Shown here piece by piece: positions 1 to 11,088 of a stretch of DNA of 38,900 bases (within the stretch, counting starts at the first letter, position 1; each line of letters starts with the position of its first letter). Source of the stretch: an uncultured Gemmatimonadales bacterium (GTDB lineage Bacteria; Gemmatimonadota; Gemmatimonadetes; Longimicrobiales; Gaopeijiaceae); NCBI GenBank assembly GCA_963809895.1, contig CAWELD010000006.1, forward strand, positions 1 to 38,900. The letters are read 5' to 3'. The notes beneath the pieces are model-generated. The model did not search any database. It was given only the letters and a program-made list of their open reading frames with translations, and was not told the DNA's origin. A program made the translations under genes and the position numbers.

Positions 1-1297
1 GATAGCCTGACTGCTTTGGGTGTCTTGATGGGCCTTGGCCTCTTGTCCGAGCGACTATCAGTTGCGACGATCGTCGGGCAATCAGGGGGATCTCATTCCG
101 TGACCTTCATCCCCCTGCTTGCTAGCGTGCTGCTCTTTGGCCCCGCTGCGCCTGTTCTGTTCGTGGGGGTCGTCGGAACGATCGGAGAGTTTTCGTTCCG
201 AAAGAAAGGCGTATTGCGGGGCGTTTTCAATGTTGCGCAGTACATCCTCGCATGTACTGTGGGGGGATTCCTCTTCACTCTCGCCGGTGGCACGCCCCAA
301 GCGCAGTTTGGGGTGGGTAGAGCCAGGACAGAATTTCGATCTTCAATTCTGGGCCTTCTTTGCGTTCAGTGCTGTCCTTCTAACAATGAATCAGGTCTTG
401 GTCTCCGGCGCCATATCCTTGTCGCAGGGGTTGCCCTTTCGTGAGGTATGGAGGAAGATTGTGGGGCGGTCCGGCGCGAACGTCTTCTACGATGTCCTTC
501 TCACTCCCATTGCGATTGTCATCGCCTCACTCTGCATCGAGCTCGAGAGCCTGGGGCTCCTTATCGCGGTCCTGCCCCTGCTCGCCATTCGTCACGCATA
601 TCTTACGAGCTACCGCCTTCAGCAGGCGAATCGTGATCTGCTTCGCGCACTTGTAAAGGCAATTGAGACGCGAGATCCATATACATCTGGCCACTCTCGC
701 CGAGTGCAGGCGCTCGCGTCGAGGATTGTCCGCACTCTGGGTCTCTCTGAACGCCAAGCGTCGGCAGTCGAGCAGGCGGCGTTGCTCCATGACATTGGCA
801 AGATCGAAGCCATCTATACTGAAATCTTGCGCAAGCCCTCAGAGTTGTCGCGGGAGGAACGAGAAGTCATCGAGTCCCATGTTACAAAGGGCGTGGAACT
901 CCTCCGATCGCTTTCGTCGTTTCCTCGCGAGGTCATTGAAGCGGTCCGTCACCATCATGAGCGAGAAGATGGCAAGGGATATCCTGATGGCCTCCGGGGA
1001 TCAGAGATTCCACTTGGAGCAAAGGTCATAAGTATCTGTGATGCCATTGACGCGATGTTGTCCGACCGGCCATACCGGCGGGCCCTGCCGCTGAGTGCCG
1101 TGCGTGAGCAGTTGGAGATCTACTCTGGGATCCAATTCGATCCAAAGCTAGTCCAGACTGTGATAAACAGCTCAATATTGGAAGATCATGCCTCCGAATT
1201 GAGTGGGGACGTAACTGCAGACCAAGACCTGCGCACCTCCTCGGAAGCGGGAGGCTTGGCCGCGACGGGTCGCTCTACGGTCGCATCAGGCACGTGA
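1..1297 (+). CDS. Membrane-anchored HD-GYP domain protein (cyclic dinucleotide phosphodiesterase family); 5'-partial, one frameshift near 300-325
   Basis: Frame 1 (open from base 1) encodes hydrophobic TM segments. The frame of ORF 119..1297 continues with more TM helices, then YTSGHSRRV, HDIGK, HHEREDGKGYP and CDAIDAM motifs. The frame switch lies at the G-rich tract TTTGGGGTGGG. Confidence 0.9.
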
Positions 1298-4200
1298 TAG
1301 AAGATTCCCAAGCTCTTCTGCTCTGAGCTTTAGATTCAGACGTTCCGCAATGGTGAGTGCACGACCGGATCGTTCGGATGGCCTCGTCCCAAACCGGCGT
1401 GCGAGCCTCTCTCGTTCAATGGCAACGCGAATTGCGGGGGCCGGGAACCGCCTAGCTATTCGTGTGCCTTCCTGATCCAACTGTCTGAGACCGTCCTCGA
1501 CTCTTCCTGCGCGACACAGCATTTTCGCCTTGAACGTCAGTATAAGGCTCGGATCGAAATACCAGTGAGACCAATCGTTCAATGCTAGATGACACCGCTT
1601 GGCTAGTTCAAGCCGACCGGTCTCGAGGGCGGCTGTTCCAAGCCCGGCATGAATGACGTCCAAGAGGAACCGGCGCACGCCATTATTGAGGAGATTCTCC
1701 GCCTCTTGATACGCATGCAGGGCCTTATCGAATTGTCGCCTAGCGAGAAAGATCTCACCAAGATTGCACTGGAGATTGATTCTTTCCCCAACTGCGACGG
1801 CTTCATCGAGAAAGCGGGCCGCCCCTTGGAGGGCGTGCTCCGCCGCGTCGTACTCTCCGGTCTCGATCAACCACACGGCGTGGTTCGCTCGCGTCGTATA
1901 CTGAAGTCGTAGGTCGCCGGTGTCCTCACTGTATTCCAGAAGTTCCTTCAAAGCGTTGACTGCCTCCTTGTTCGAGCCGAGACCACGAAACATCAGCGCG
2001 ATAAATAGGCGGTGGTTCGCTTGGAGAATGAGCTTCTGGTCATCGAGATCTGTTGCGAGGAGACGAGCAGCTCGTGCGCTCTCAACACTCCGCTCAGGGC
2101 GCCCATATAGGCACTCCAAGGCGAGAATCAACATGCCGCTGCAACGGTCCCGCCCAGCCAGATCCGGCACGAGCTGAGACACACGGGCAAGCGTTGGAGG
2201 GATCATCTCCAGGGAGCCGTCTCTTTCGAGGACGCGAATCCGGGATTCCGCAGCCTTCAGGGAGGAGTCACATCCCTGGTCCATGAGGGAAGCCTCCGCC
2301 TCGGCAGCCAATCGAGCCGCGGCAATTGAGTGGGGCAAGTCGCCTGACTCACTGCGGGCATCCAAATGTAATACCCGGCATGCCCTGGCTTCACGTCGGT
2401 TCCCGAGAATGCTGAAACGTCTCTCGGCGCGGCGAAGAAATGAGTTACCTCTCGGGTCGCACTGTCGAAGATGCGCCTGGCCAACATGCTTGAGGTGAGT
2501 CCCGGTCACCTTATCAGCCCCGGCACTCAACTGTGAGTCGTAGGAATCGGAGTCCCTCTCTGAACGCCCCCCGTCCTAATGCATGGTCAGCAGCGGCCTC
2601 CGCTAGATCGGCTGCCTGCGCACCGAGGCCGCCCCGTGTTAGATGGATTGCAGCCTCTCCGACCCGTGGAGGGACGCGACTCACCGAACCGCCCAATACT
2701 CCGGTGCGCGTGGCGTATCAAGAGAGATCCGAGGGCGGACACGGCGGATTGCTCAATTAGACGATGACGTATCCGGACGGAGTCCTCATTGTGGATGAGC
2801 AGCCCCGTCCGGAACATGCTGTCGAGGTCGTTGGATAGATCCGGGACTGTGGTCCCTAGAGCATCGCGATGTCACTGAGGGGTATCGTGCCTTCGTGGAG
2901 GCAAATGATGGCTAGGGCGCGGCGACCAGCGGGCGACAATGATCCTACCACAGGTCGCAATTGCCGGTCCCAATGGGAGGACGTGACGTTGGCCGCTGCG
3001 GTGAGCCGGTCTCCATTCAATGAGGCCACCGCGAGAGCGATAAGTTGCAGAGGATTACCCAAAGCTGTGTCGAGTACTTTGTCAAGATCCGAGTGGCTGA
3101 GAGACTCCGGCGCGACCCCGACCACGAGACGGCGTGCCTCGGACCGCCTGGGTGGACGAAGCGAAGAATAGAAGACACGTGAATGTCGACGATTCTGAAA
3201 CTGCAGGATTGGCGCAGAAGGATCTTCAAGTGAACCTGAAAAGATGAGCATCAACCTACCACGGTGCCATCGCCGGTGAGCGTACTGAAACGCGGCCAGC
3301 GAGGTCGGGTCGATCCGATGCGCATCATCAACCAGGACCGCCGTCGGACGGTCGACGCACATCTGCTCCAGCGCCATCATGAGACTCGGCAGCAGCCGGC
3401 TTGAGGCGGCTTCTGGTGGCAGTGCGACGGGGGGAACCGTCTGGTCACTCGTAATGTCCAGCAAGTCTGCGATTACCGAACGCCATGGCTGCCCGATTTG
3501 TGCTAAGTCGGTCGATGTCAGGGTTCTCGCGAGACAATCGATCATGGTGGCGAGCGGGATGCCGTGTTCAAGTCGATTGCACTCCGACCAGACCACTCGA
3601 ATACCCCTGAACTAGGCCTAGGGGCCGCCTCACGTAGGACCCGGGTCTTCCCCATTCCCGGTGCGCCAACGAGGACCTGGAAGCTCATGCCGTTTGTATT
3701 GCTAGCGAGCGATACCAATTGCTCCACGACCGCCGCTCTGCCAAGCAGAGGAGTATTGTAGGCGGCAAGTGCTCGGTCCTCTGTGCGCTCTCCCCCTCCG
3801 AGCCGAAGCGGTCGCCGTGTGACGGAGGTCGTCCACATCTCGATCTGAGAACCCGTGCAAGGGAGCCTCCTTCAGGAGTGACTCTGCGGAGGCCCATCGA
3901 CCCGCAGCGAGGTAGGCATGAAAGAGGCGGCGAGTCCATTTCGGCTCGAACTGGTCGATGGCGACCAACGCGAGACCGGCACTTTCGGCCTTCGGCCAGT
4001 CGCCAACTCTCTCAGCCTCATCCCACTGCCGTGCCGCTAGGCGCCTGATGGCGGTGCGAAGCGAAGCGACGTACCCAGCAAGGGCAGACTCCGCTTCAGG
4101 AGCTGGAGCCTCTCCGAGAAGGCCACATACGGAGAGCTCCTGAAGCCTACCGTTGTGGCTTGCCAGTCCCGAATTACGTTGCGAAGATGATCTCCATCGA

Positions 4201-4492
4201 GGTCATGTGGGAGAACCGGGAGGATATGGTCAGGCGTCGTCGAGAATACCGGGACGCCCACCCTCTGAGTCAGGTCGTAGAGCAATTGACTGAGCCGGCG
4301 CCGGGCCTTGGACTCATCAGCACGGCCCCAGAGCAGGTCCGCTGCCCGCATTCGGCTGATGCCGCCCGCACCTGAGAGATAGGCCAGCGCGGTGATCCAT
4401 CCTTGAAGCCCGGTGAGTGGCACGTGTCGCTCCGCGATGTCCATCACCGGACCGTCAAGGAGTCGCACAAAGTGCTGCCTGCCTTGAACCAT
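1286..4492 (-). pseudogene. SARP/AfsR-like STAND regulator (N-terminal wHTH/BTAD-like, AAA ATPase, C-terminal TPR), broken by at least 6 frame breaks
   Basis: Consecutive minus-strand fragments: ISRMRAADLLWGRADESKARRRLSQLLYDL (ATG 4492), PLLGR...LVGAPGMGKTRVL (Walker A), VLVDDAHRID (Walker B), ALGNPLQL, then TPR-like helices (NLGEIFLARRQFDKALHAYQEA) in 1286..2530. Confidence 0.8.
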
Positions 4493-4526
4493 CGGCCTAC
4501 CCTTCCGACCCAAGAGATCGCGCCAT

Positions 4527-5345
4527 TTAAGTAGATCCGCCCTTCGATCGTGTTTGACGGCTACGCGGCTGGTTGGAGCTGCGGTGTTGATGACCTCGCC
4601 GATATTCGCGCCAAAGCCACGACTCCACAATCCACTCCCATCCAATCCTAGCCTTCAACTCAGTGGGCCGCACTCCTACTAGCCGCTTCATCTGATTGCT
4701 GAGGGCAAAGGAATCTGGATAGCCGAGTTCGAACGCGATGCGGCTGAGTGGATCATCCGAACCCAATATTCGAAGACTTGCCCTCAGAATCCGACCAAAG
4801 TGGAGACAGTGTGAGGGTACTGGCAGTCCGTATTGGGCGAAGCGACGACCGAGAGCCCGCCTAGAAAGATACAGGGAACGGGCGAGGCCACTTACGGAGC
4901 GGAGTTCTCCAGAAAGCTCCAGTGTACGGCGCACGAGTCGCCGCGGACCTGACCCTCGCAGTGTCCCTCGCCAGACCAGATAGTCTACGACACTGTCAAC
5001 GAGCCTCTTCGGGCCGGCATTCACAAGTAGGCGAATATCTTCGGTAGACGGCTCTTCGTGATAGGGGAGGATACTCGTCGGCCGGCAGATCTCGACCATG
5101 TGGTACAACTCCGCTGAGGACCTTGTCTCCCCGGGCGGCAGCACAGCGACCAGGGTGACGCCCTTTGGCCTGAAGCGAACAGAGGTCATGGCCTCTGTGA
5201 AATGAGTGCCCATCTGCCAGACCAGGACGACGCCTTCACGACCTCTCGGTGGCTCCAGCAGCGGTAGGCTCAGGTGGGTGGTTGGGGATGTGTAGGGTGG
5301 CGTCAAGAGCAAGAACTGATCCCGTCCCTTGGGTGCTGGGTGCAT
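4527..5345 (-). CDS. AraC-family helix-turn-helix transcriptional regulator
   Basis: GGAGGAG RBS before ATG 5345. Double-HTH signature SVSGLARSLYLSRRALGRRF ... LSRIAFELGYPDSFALSNQMKRLVGVRPTE. Confidence 0.88.
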   Translation of the reverse strand: MHPAPKGRDQFLLLTPPYTSPTTHLSLPLLEPPRGREGVVLVWQMGTHFTEAMTSVRFRPKGVTLVAVLPPGETRSSAELYHMVEICRPTSILPYHEEPSTEDIRLLVNAGPKRLVDSVVDYLVWRGTLRGSGPRRLVRRTLELSGELRSVSGLARSLYLSRRALGRRFAQYGLPVPSHCLHFGRILRASLRILGSDDPLSRIAFELGYPDSFALSNQMKRLVGVRPTELKARIGWEWIVESWLWREYRRGHQHRSSNQPRSRQTRSKGGST

Positions 5346-5361
5346 TGTGCGCTCCTCCGCG

Positions 5362-5379
5362 TTGACATGAGACTGTCAA
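5362..5379. promoter_or_regulatory. Perfect inverted repeat TTGACA-N6-TGTCAA upstream of the AraC gene
   Basis: TTGACA 5362-5367, TGAGAC spacer, TGTCAA 5374-5379, immediately upstream of the RBS. Confidence 0.4.
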
Positions 5380-5479
5380 GACATGATCGGTAGAGGGCAT
5401 CAGATGGCTATCAGGTGATGGAAGACGGTGGCGGAAGGCGTGCCCACACCGTCACGCGGTGGTGGATTGAACGGCCGGG

Positions 5480-6215
5480 ACGTGACCAATCGCACGAACA
5501 GCCGCGCGCGGCCCACGCCCAGCGCCACCATCGTGGCCATCTCGCGGCGACGGGCCGTGGCTCGGGCCAGCAGGAGCCCGGCCAGGTTCACGGCCACGAT
5601 GAGCAGCACCAGGAGCGGCGTGCGGATGGAGCCGGTGAGGCGGGTCTGGAGCGGCTCCGTGACGAAGGTCTTGTCCGCGTTGGTGTCGGGATAGGCGTCG
5701 GTCAGACGCTGGCCGAGCTGCGCCAGCTCCGCGCCCGCCGCCTCGCCGGCGAGGCCGGGTGACAGCCGCCCGAGGGCGTAGATCCAGTCGGTGCCCCGGC
5801 TGTGCCGCCATCCGGCGATGGACGTGCGGATGGGAATCCACTCCGCCATGTCACCCAGCACGTCCGCGTGGTCGGGCGCCACGCCCACGATCTCGCACGG
5901 GCGCCCATCGACGTCCACCACGGAGCCCACCGCCGCCGGATCGCGGCCGTACGCCCGCGCCCACAGGCCCTCGCTGATGACGACTCGCGCGGCCTCCTCG
6001 TCCTGGGATCCGAAGAAGCGTCGCGTCACCGGCCGCACGCCCAGCAGGTCGAAGTAGTTGGTGGACACCTCGGCGCCGCCCTCGCCCCGGACTCGCTCGA
6101 TGGAATACAGCCGGTCCGATTGCGGCACCGGGAGGGGCGCCACCAGCAGGTCGTGGACGAAGGTGAAGACGATGGCGTTGGCGCCGATCCCCAGGGCCAG
6201 CGACGCGACGTGGGC
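5480..6215 (-). pseudogene. Truncated ADOP/MacB-FtsX type ABC permease remnant
   Basis: VASLALGIGANAIVFTFVHDLLVAPLPVPQSDRL...VSTNYFDLLGVRP...LLLARATARRREMATMVALGVGRARL. It lacks a start, lacks the second half, and appears to have internal deletions. Boundaries are approximate. Confidence 0.85.
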
Positions 6216-6227
6216 GACCTCGGCCGT

Positions 6228-6853
6228 CTACCAGCCTCTGCGACTTGCGATGGCTACCAGACGTTCGTTGGCCGCAGGATCCTGAACGGCACCATCAACG
6301 AATAGCTGCCATAGGCGGCTCACTCCTGGTTCGCCGAGTTCGTTGGCGGGGATCTGGACTGCCTGAACCGCCACGTCGCTATCCGTGCCGGTGGCGAGGT
6401 CGGCGAGGAAGCCAACCACGCGCCCCTTCTCCGGCAATTGGGTGAAGAGCATGGGGGTCCACCCCTCGCACCGCGGTCGGGCGATTCCTCGTACACTCGC
6501 TGAAGCTTCTCAAACGCATGCGGATAGGGGGTCCCACGTCCCGGGTGCGTCGAGACGACAAGAGCTGCCTTCGCGGCGACAGCAGCCCGCTGCGTACTGA
6601 GGTCATCGCCGGGACCGAACGCGACCGCGATGGCAACCAGGCTATCGGGGAAGGCGTCCAGCTCGTCGCTGGGAAGCAGTGTCCGATCCTGCGCGAGTAT
6701 GGCTGCGGCCAACGACAGATGTCCGTCACGCACGGCCATCAGGGCCCTGCTCAACTCCGTTGGAGCGCCTTGCGGATCCTTGGGATCTTGACTCAGAGCC
6801 CGCGTGGGGAGGACGACGCCCGCCGCTACGAAAGCAAGAATTGTCTTTCTCAT
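6228..6853 (-). CDS. Hypothetical secreted helical (HEAT-like) protein, frameshifted at the 5-base homopolymer 6453-6457
   Basis: GGAGG RBS and signal peptide MRKTILAFVAAGVVLPTRALSQ. ORF 6320..6853 joins ORF 6228..6452 (MLFTQLPEKGRVVGFLADLAT...) by a single-base shift. Confidence 0.65.
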
Positions 6854-6866
6854 CGTTCGGGCCTCC

Positions 6867-7097
6867 TCAATGGCGAACTCTGGTGATTACGAACCGCCAT
6901 CCCCCGGTACCTCGCCAGAAGGCGAAGTGGGTGGTCGCTCCCGTGTGGATGTTTCCTGCCGCTGAAACCCGCGCATGCATGTCGCTTTGCACCGTGTTCG
7001 CGGCGGACCGAGCAGCGAAGTCGGAGGACTCCGCGATGCTGTCCCACCCTGCGTAGATGTCGTTTCGCGCTTCCCAAGACCATTCGTTCGTCTCCAC
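6867..7097 (-). pseudogene. Hypothetical protein, probable C-terminal remnant
   Basis: Protein-like composition (WSWEARNDIYAGWD...FAFWRGTGGWRFV). It stops just before the RBS of the next gene and has no convincing start. Confidence 0.35.
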
Positions 7098-7170
7098 TCC
7101 GCGTGAGCCTGACCCTTGACCTCGTCGCCGGGGGTTGGCGTTCTCATTTCATTGCGAGGAGCGGGTCCCC

Positions 7171-7794
7171 TCATTCTCCCACTGGAGGAACCAAGCGGTA
7201 GATCTCGATCGTCGCGATTCCCCGGGCGTCTCTGTGCAACATGATGAGACGTGAGTGCGAGGTCCTGATCGGCTGGAGGTTGGATGGGAAGCGGAGCGTA
7301 CCCGCATAGCCTCTCGAGATCGAGATCAGCCGCCACACTCGGTCCTCGCCCTGGATTGCGCCTCCCTCACCGTTAGCATGGATCAGCGCACTCTGGTACA
7401 TGCCGAAAATCGAGTCGCCAAACCCACGGAGCTGAGTTGTAATCGGTCGACGGTCGTAGACGGGCGGTGCTCCTGCAGCCAGCGGATCAGCTTCCTGCGG
7501 CCCCATGAGCTCTTGTACGATGCCTCGACGCTCGAGCTCGGACAGCCGTTCGGCCTCGAGGGGCAGCCGGATCTCGCGAACCGTCCGTCCATCACGATCA
7601 GTCACACGGAAGGTGGTCCCGTGGGATGATCCTCGCCCTGATCGGCCCCCTGCGACGGCCGCGACGGATCCACCCGAGGACGCTGCTGCGAGACCTGTGA
7701 GGGTACGGCTCGTCGAGGGTCTCCTCGTAGATGCCGGGCACCGGACCGCCGGGATCCTGTTCGTCGGCGGCTCAGGCTCTGTTCCGCTCCGCAC
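7171..7794 (-). pseudogene. Degraded 6-bladed beta-propeller protein
   Basis: FRVTDRDGRTVREIRLPLEAERL...WRLISISRGYAGTLRFPSNLQPI...LHRDARGIATIEIYRL resembles the typical C-terminus of these propellers. The N-terminus is degenerate. Confidence 0.55.
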
Positions 7795-8228
7795 CCAGGC
7801 GGTATTCGATGATCACGTCAAAGCCGTTGGAGTCACGGGTCAGCGCGAAGAACCTGTCCTCGCTGAACGCTACGGCGTGGGGTCTGCCGGGCACGAGGAT
7901 CGACGTCAGAAACTCGCGATCGGGGGAGAAGACCTCGATCACGCCCGCAGTTCCTTCACGACGCGTCGTGAGGACCCAGACTCTTCCTGCCATGTCAGGC
8001 GAGATGACACCGAGGGCGAGGGGCGGCTCGGCTTACCCACCCGCGGTTGAACCATGTCATCGATCATGGCCTCCGGGATGCTCACCGAAGACGCCAAGGA
8101 GGATTGTCGACTGGTCCGTCCAGGTGCCTCCAGTGACCTGGTTTGATCTCGACGAGTTGGGCGGCGAATCGGTCGACCGCAAGGAGCCTACCGTCGAGAA
8201 CGTGGAGGGTGGCGCCGACGAGGCTTCG
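7772..8228 (-). pseudogene. C-terminal remnant of a second 6-bladed beta-propeller protein
   Basis: DMAGRVWVLTTRREGTAGVIEVFSPDREFLTSILVPGRPHAVAFSEDRFFALTRDSNGFDVIIEYRL. Upstream pieces lie in other frames. Confidence 0.6.
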
Positions 8229-8234
8229 TTGTGC

Positions 8235-8257
8235 AGTATATAACTTTGTCATATACT
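8235..8257. promoter_or_regulatory. AT-rich palindrome, probable PadR operator
   Basis: AGTATATAAC-TTT-GTCATATACT: 10-bp arms with 1 mismatch, about 50 bp upstream of the PadR ATG. Confidence 0.65.
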
Positions 8258-8308
8258 TCTCGCCGTGGTACCGTGGCAGTGGACGGCGCGCAACGCGAGG
8301 GGGGGGTG

Positions 8309-8644
8309 ATGGCGAAGGGAGATCACCTGGGTGAGCTCGAGGCGCTGGTGCTGGCTTCGGTGCTCCACGTGGGAGAGGGAGCCAACGGCGCCGCGGTCTA
8401 CCGCGAGCTCGAAGCGCGCGGCGGCCGTGATCCCGGCGTCGGGGCGATCCACGTCACCCTACGCCGGCTGGAGGAGAAGGGCTACCTGACCTCCGACGTC
8501 GGGACGCCCTCACGTCGCGGGGGGCGGCCCCGGCGCTGGTACGCGCCCACGGACCGGGGCCTCCGGGCTCTTGGTGCGTTCCGGCGCATGTGGGAGGATG
8601 TCCTCAACGACCTCGTCCTCCCCGAGCCGGAGACCGGCCGGTGA
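8309..8644 (+). CDS. PadR-family transcriptional regulator
   Basis: MAKGDHLGELEALVLASV...GAIHVTLRRLEEKGYLTS...GGRPRRWYAPTDRG. The stop overlaps the permease start (GTGA). Confidence 0.93.
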   Translation: MAKGDHLGELEALVLASVLHVGEGANGAAVYRELEARGGRDPGVGAIHVTLRRLEEKGYLTSDVGTPSRRGGRPRRWYAPTDRGLRALGAFRRMWEDVLNDLVLPEPETGR

Positions 8645-11088
8645 CCCGGCTCCAGGAGCGGCTCCTCGCGTGGGCTGAACGGCGGTTGGACGTGGACCTG
8701 CGCGCCACCCTCTCGGAGCTCGTCGAGGAACGCCGTACCCGGGAGGGCGACGCGGCGGCCCGCCGGTGGCTCCGTCGCGAGCTGCGACGGGCTCTCGTGC
8801 TTGCCGTGTTCACGCCGACGCGCACGGCCTCCCGTGGGACCCTCGTCGCCACGGCCTTCCGGGAGTTCCGCTTCGCCCTGCGCCGGCTCCGACGCCTCCC
8901 CGCCTACGCCATCACCTTCGCCGCGATCGTGGGAACGGGGATCGGCATGGCGACCTTCATGGTGGAGACCCGGGCGAACATCCTCGACCCGGAGGACGGT
9001 GTCACCGCCGACGCCGCGCGCCTCACCTGGGTCGCCGAGACGGGCCAATACCATGCGGGGATCGCGGCCACCGGACGGGAACCGTGGATGGATCCGCCCG
9101 AGGGGCCTTTCTCCGCCATCGTCGTCAGTTGGCCGTCTTCGGAAGATCTCGAGACGCCCATGGGGCTTCTCCGGGTGCAGGGCGAACGGGTCCTGCCCCG
9201 GCACATCGTGCGGCTCGGGGGACGCCTGGTGGCCGGCCGAGCCCTCGAGGCTCCGGGTGAGATCGTGGTGTCCCACGCCCTCTGGACGGAACGCTTCGAG
9301 TCGGACCCGGGGGTCATCGGTCGGACCGTTCGCCTGGGGGGTCGCCGGGCGACCATCGTCGGTGTCGCCGAGGCCGGGTTCAACGGCCCCGTCTGCTGCG
9401 TCCCCCCGAAGTTCTGGGAGGTGCGGGAGGCCAGCGATACTGCGGCGATCGCGCGCGTGTTCGTCGTCGACCCGACCGACGACGGCGCCGCGGAGCTGTG
9501 GGCGAGCCGAAACATCGACCGCTCACCGGACTTCGGGACACCGCGGCTGAGACACCCCAGCGCGGCGGCCTTCGGGAGCGAGGCCGGCTTCGTGGGCCGG
9601 GTCCTGGGCGTCCTGATCGGACTGGCCGCGGCCGTGTGGCTGACCACGCTCCTGGCCGGGGCGAACCTGATCGTGTCGGACACGATGGCTCGTCGCCGCG
9701 AGTACCGGCTCCGGAGCGCGCTCGGGGCGCGCCGAACCGAGACCTGGCTGCGCCTCGTCATCGAGGCGGCACTGCTGGCCGCCGGCGCCGCGCTACTCGC
9801 CGTGGCGATCGCATGGGCGCTGGCGGCGGTGGCCCCCTGGCTCCTTCCCATCCTCGGGGGGGCGTCCGGCATCCGGGTGGTCATCGACCGCGGCACCCTC
9901 GGGGTCGCGGCTCTGGCCGGTGCGGTGTCGGCCCTGACGGCGGCCCTCCCCGGCATTGCGGTGGCACTCCGCCTCGCCCGCTCGGCCGACGTCGGGCGGG
10001 GGCCACGTTCCAGCCGCTTCGCCGCCGCGGGGCTCGCGGTTCAGGTCGCGCTGGCCTCGACCCTCGTCGTTCTGACGGGGCTCTTCCTCACCACCCTGCG
10101 CTCGTTGGACGGCGAGTTCGTCGGGTTCCGGAACGGCGAGACCGGCGTCCACTTCGTGTCGGCGACCTCGTCGGAGACCGGGCCCACCGGGAGTCGGCTC
10201 CTGACCGAACTGGGCATGCCCGCGGCCCTCACCGCCCGCCTTCCGGTCTACGGCGCGCGCTGGGACTCGCTCACGGCCCCGTCGGGAGAGACCCGGAGCT
10301 TCGCCCTCGAGACGGTGACGCCCGGCTTCTTCGATGTCGTGGGCACGACGCTCCTCGCCGGGGCGCCGGCACGTGGGCCCGCCGAGGCCGTGGTGTCGCG
10401 TGACCTCACCCGGGACCTGGGATGGGGCGACGGTGCCATCGGCCGGACCCTTCTGGTCGGGGACTCCCTTCCGCTCCGGATCTCCGGGATCGTCGAGGAG
10501 GCGACGTGGGGGAGCGGCGAGGTGCGCCCGACGGTCTACCGTGGCTGGGGCGACGAGCCCCTGAGAACCGCCGTTCTCCTGGTTCGCGGCCCGGACGCCT
10601 CGGTGTCCTCACTCCTTCCCCGACTGCGAACGATGGGCGTCGCGCTGCGTCCGTTCGAGACCCTCGACGGAATGCTGGTCCGCTCCCGGGTGATCCAGGT
10701 CTTTCTCGCCCGGCTCGCCCTGGCGTTCGGGATCGTGAGCCTGCTCGTGGCCGCGGGCGCCGTGCACTCGCACTTCCTCCGCTGGGTGCGCGCGCGCGAG
10801 CGCGACCTGGCCATCCGCCGGGCGCTGGGGGCGCCCTTTCCACGCATCGGGCGCTTCCTCCTTCGGGGCGCGCTGACCATGGTCGTGCCGGGAACGCTGC
10901 TCGGCATCGGAGGGGGAGCGCTCGCCGCCCGGCTGCTCTCCATCTGGCTCGGCCCCGTCCCCGCCCTGACCGCGTCCGTGGTCGTCGTGACCGTGGGCAC
11001 CCTCGCCGGCGCGACGGCCCTCGCCCTGATCGGTCCCCTGCGGCGGGCGCGGCGCATCCACCCGATGACGCTGCTCAGAGACCTGTGA
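8641..11088 (+). CDS. ADOP-type duplicated ABC transporter permease (MacB_PCD/FtsX x2)
   Basis: EFRFALRRLRRLPAY, ARRREYRLRSALGA, VTPGFFDVVGTTLLAG and ARERDLAIRRALGA motifs. About 815 aa, coupled to PadR. Confidence 0.92.
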   Translation: MTRLQERLLAWAERRLDVDLRATLSELVEERRTREGDAAARRWLRRELRRALVLAVFTPTRTASRGTLVATAFREFRFALRRLRRLPAYAITFAAIVGTGIGMATFMVETRANILDPEDGVTADAARLTWVAETGQYHAGIAATGREPWMDPPEGPFSAIVVSWPSSEDLETPMGLLRVQGERVLPRHIVRLGGRLVAGRALEAPGEIVVSHALWTERFESDPGVIGRTVRLGGRRATIVGVAEAGFNGPVCCVPPKFWEVREASDTAAIARVFVVDPTDDGAAELWASRNIDRSPDFGTPRLRHPSAAAFGSEAGFVGRVLGVLIGLAAAVWLTTLLAGANLIVSDTMARRREYRLRSALGARRTETWLRLVIEAALLAAGAALLAVAIAWALAAVAPWLLPILGGASGIRVVIDRGTLGVAALAGAVSALTAALPGIAVALRLARSADVGRGPRSSRFAAAGLAVQVALASTLVVLTGLFLTTLRSLDGEFVGFRNGETGVHFVSATSSETGPTGSRLLTELGMPAALTARLPVYGARWDSLTAPSGETRSFALETVTPGFFDVVGTTLLAGAPARGPAEAVVSRDLTRDLGWGDGAIGRTLLVGDSLPLRISGIVEEATWGSGEVRPTVYRGWGDEPLRTAVLLVRGPDASVSSLLPRLRTMGVALRPFETLDGMLVRSRVIQVFLARLALAFGIVSLLVAAGAVHSHFLRWVRARERDLAIRRALGAPFPRIGRFLLRGALTMVVPGTLLGIGGGALAARLLSIWLGPVPALTASVVVVTVGTLAGATALALIGPLRRARRIHPMTLLRDL

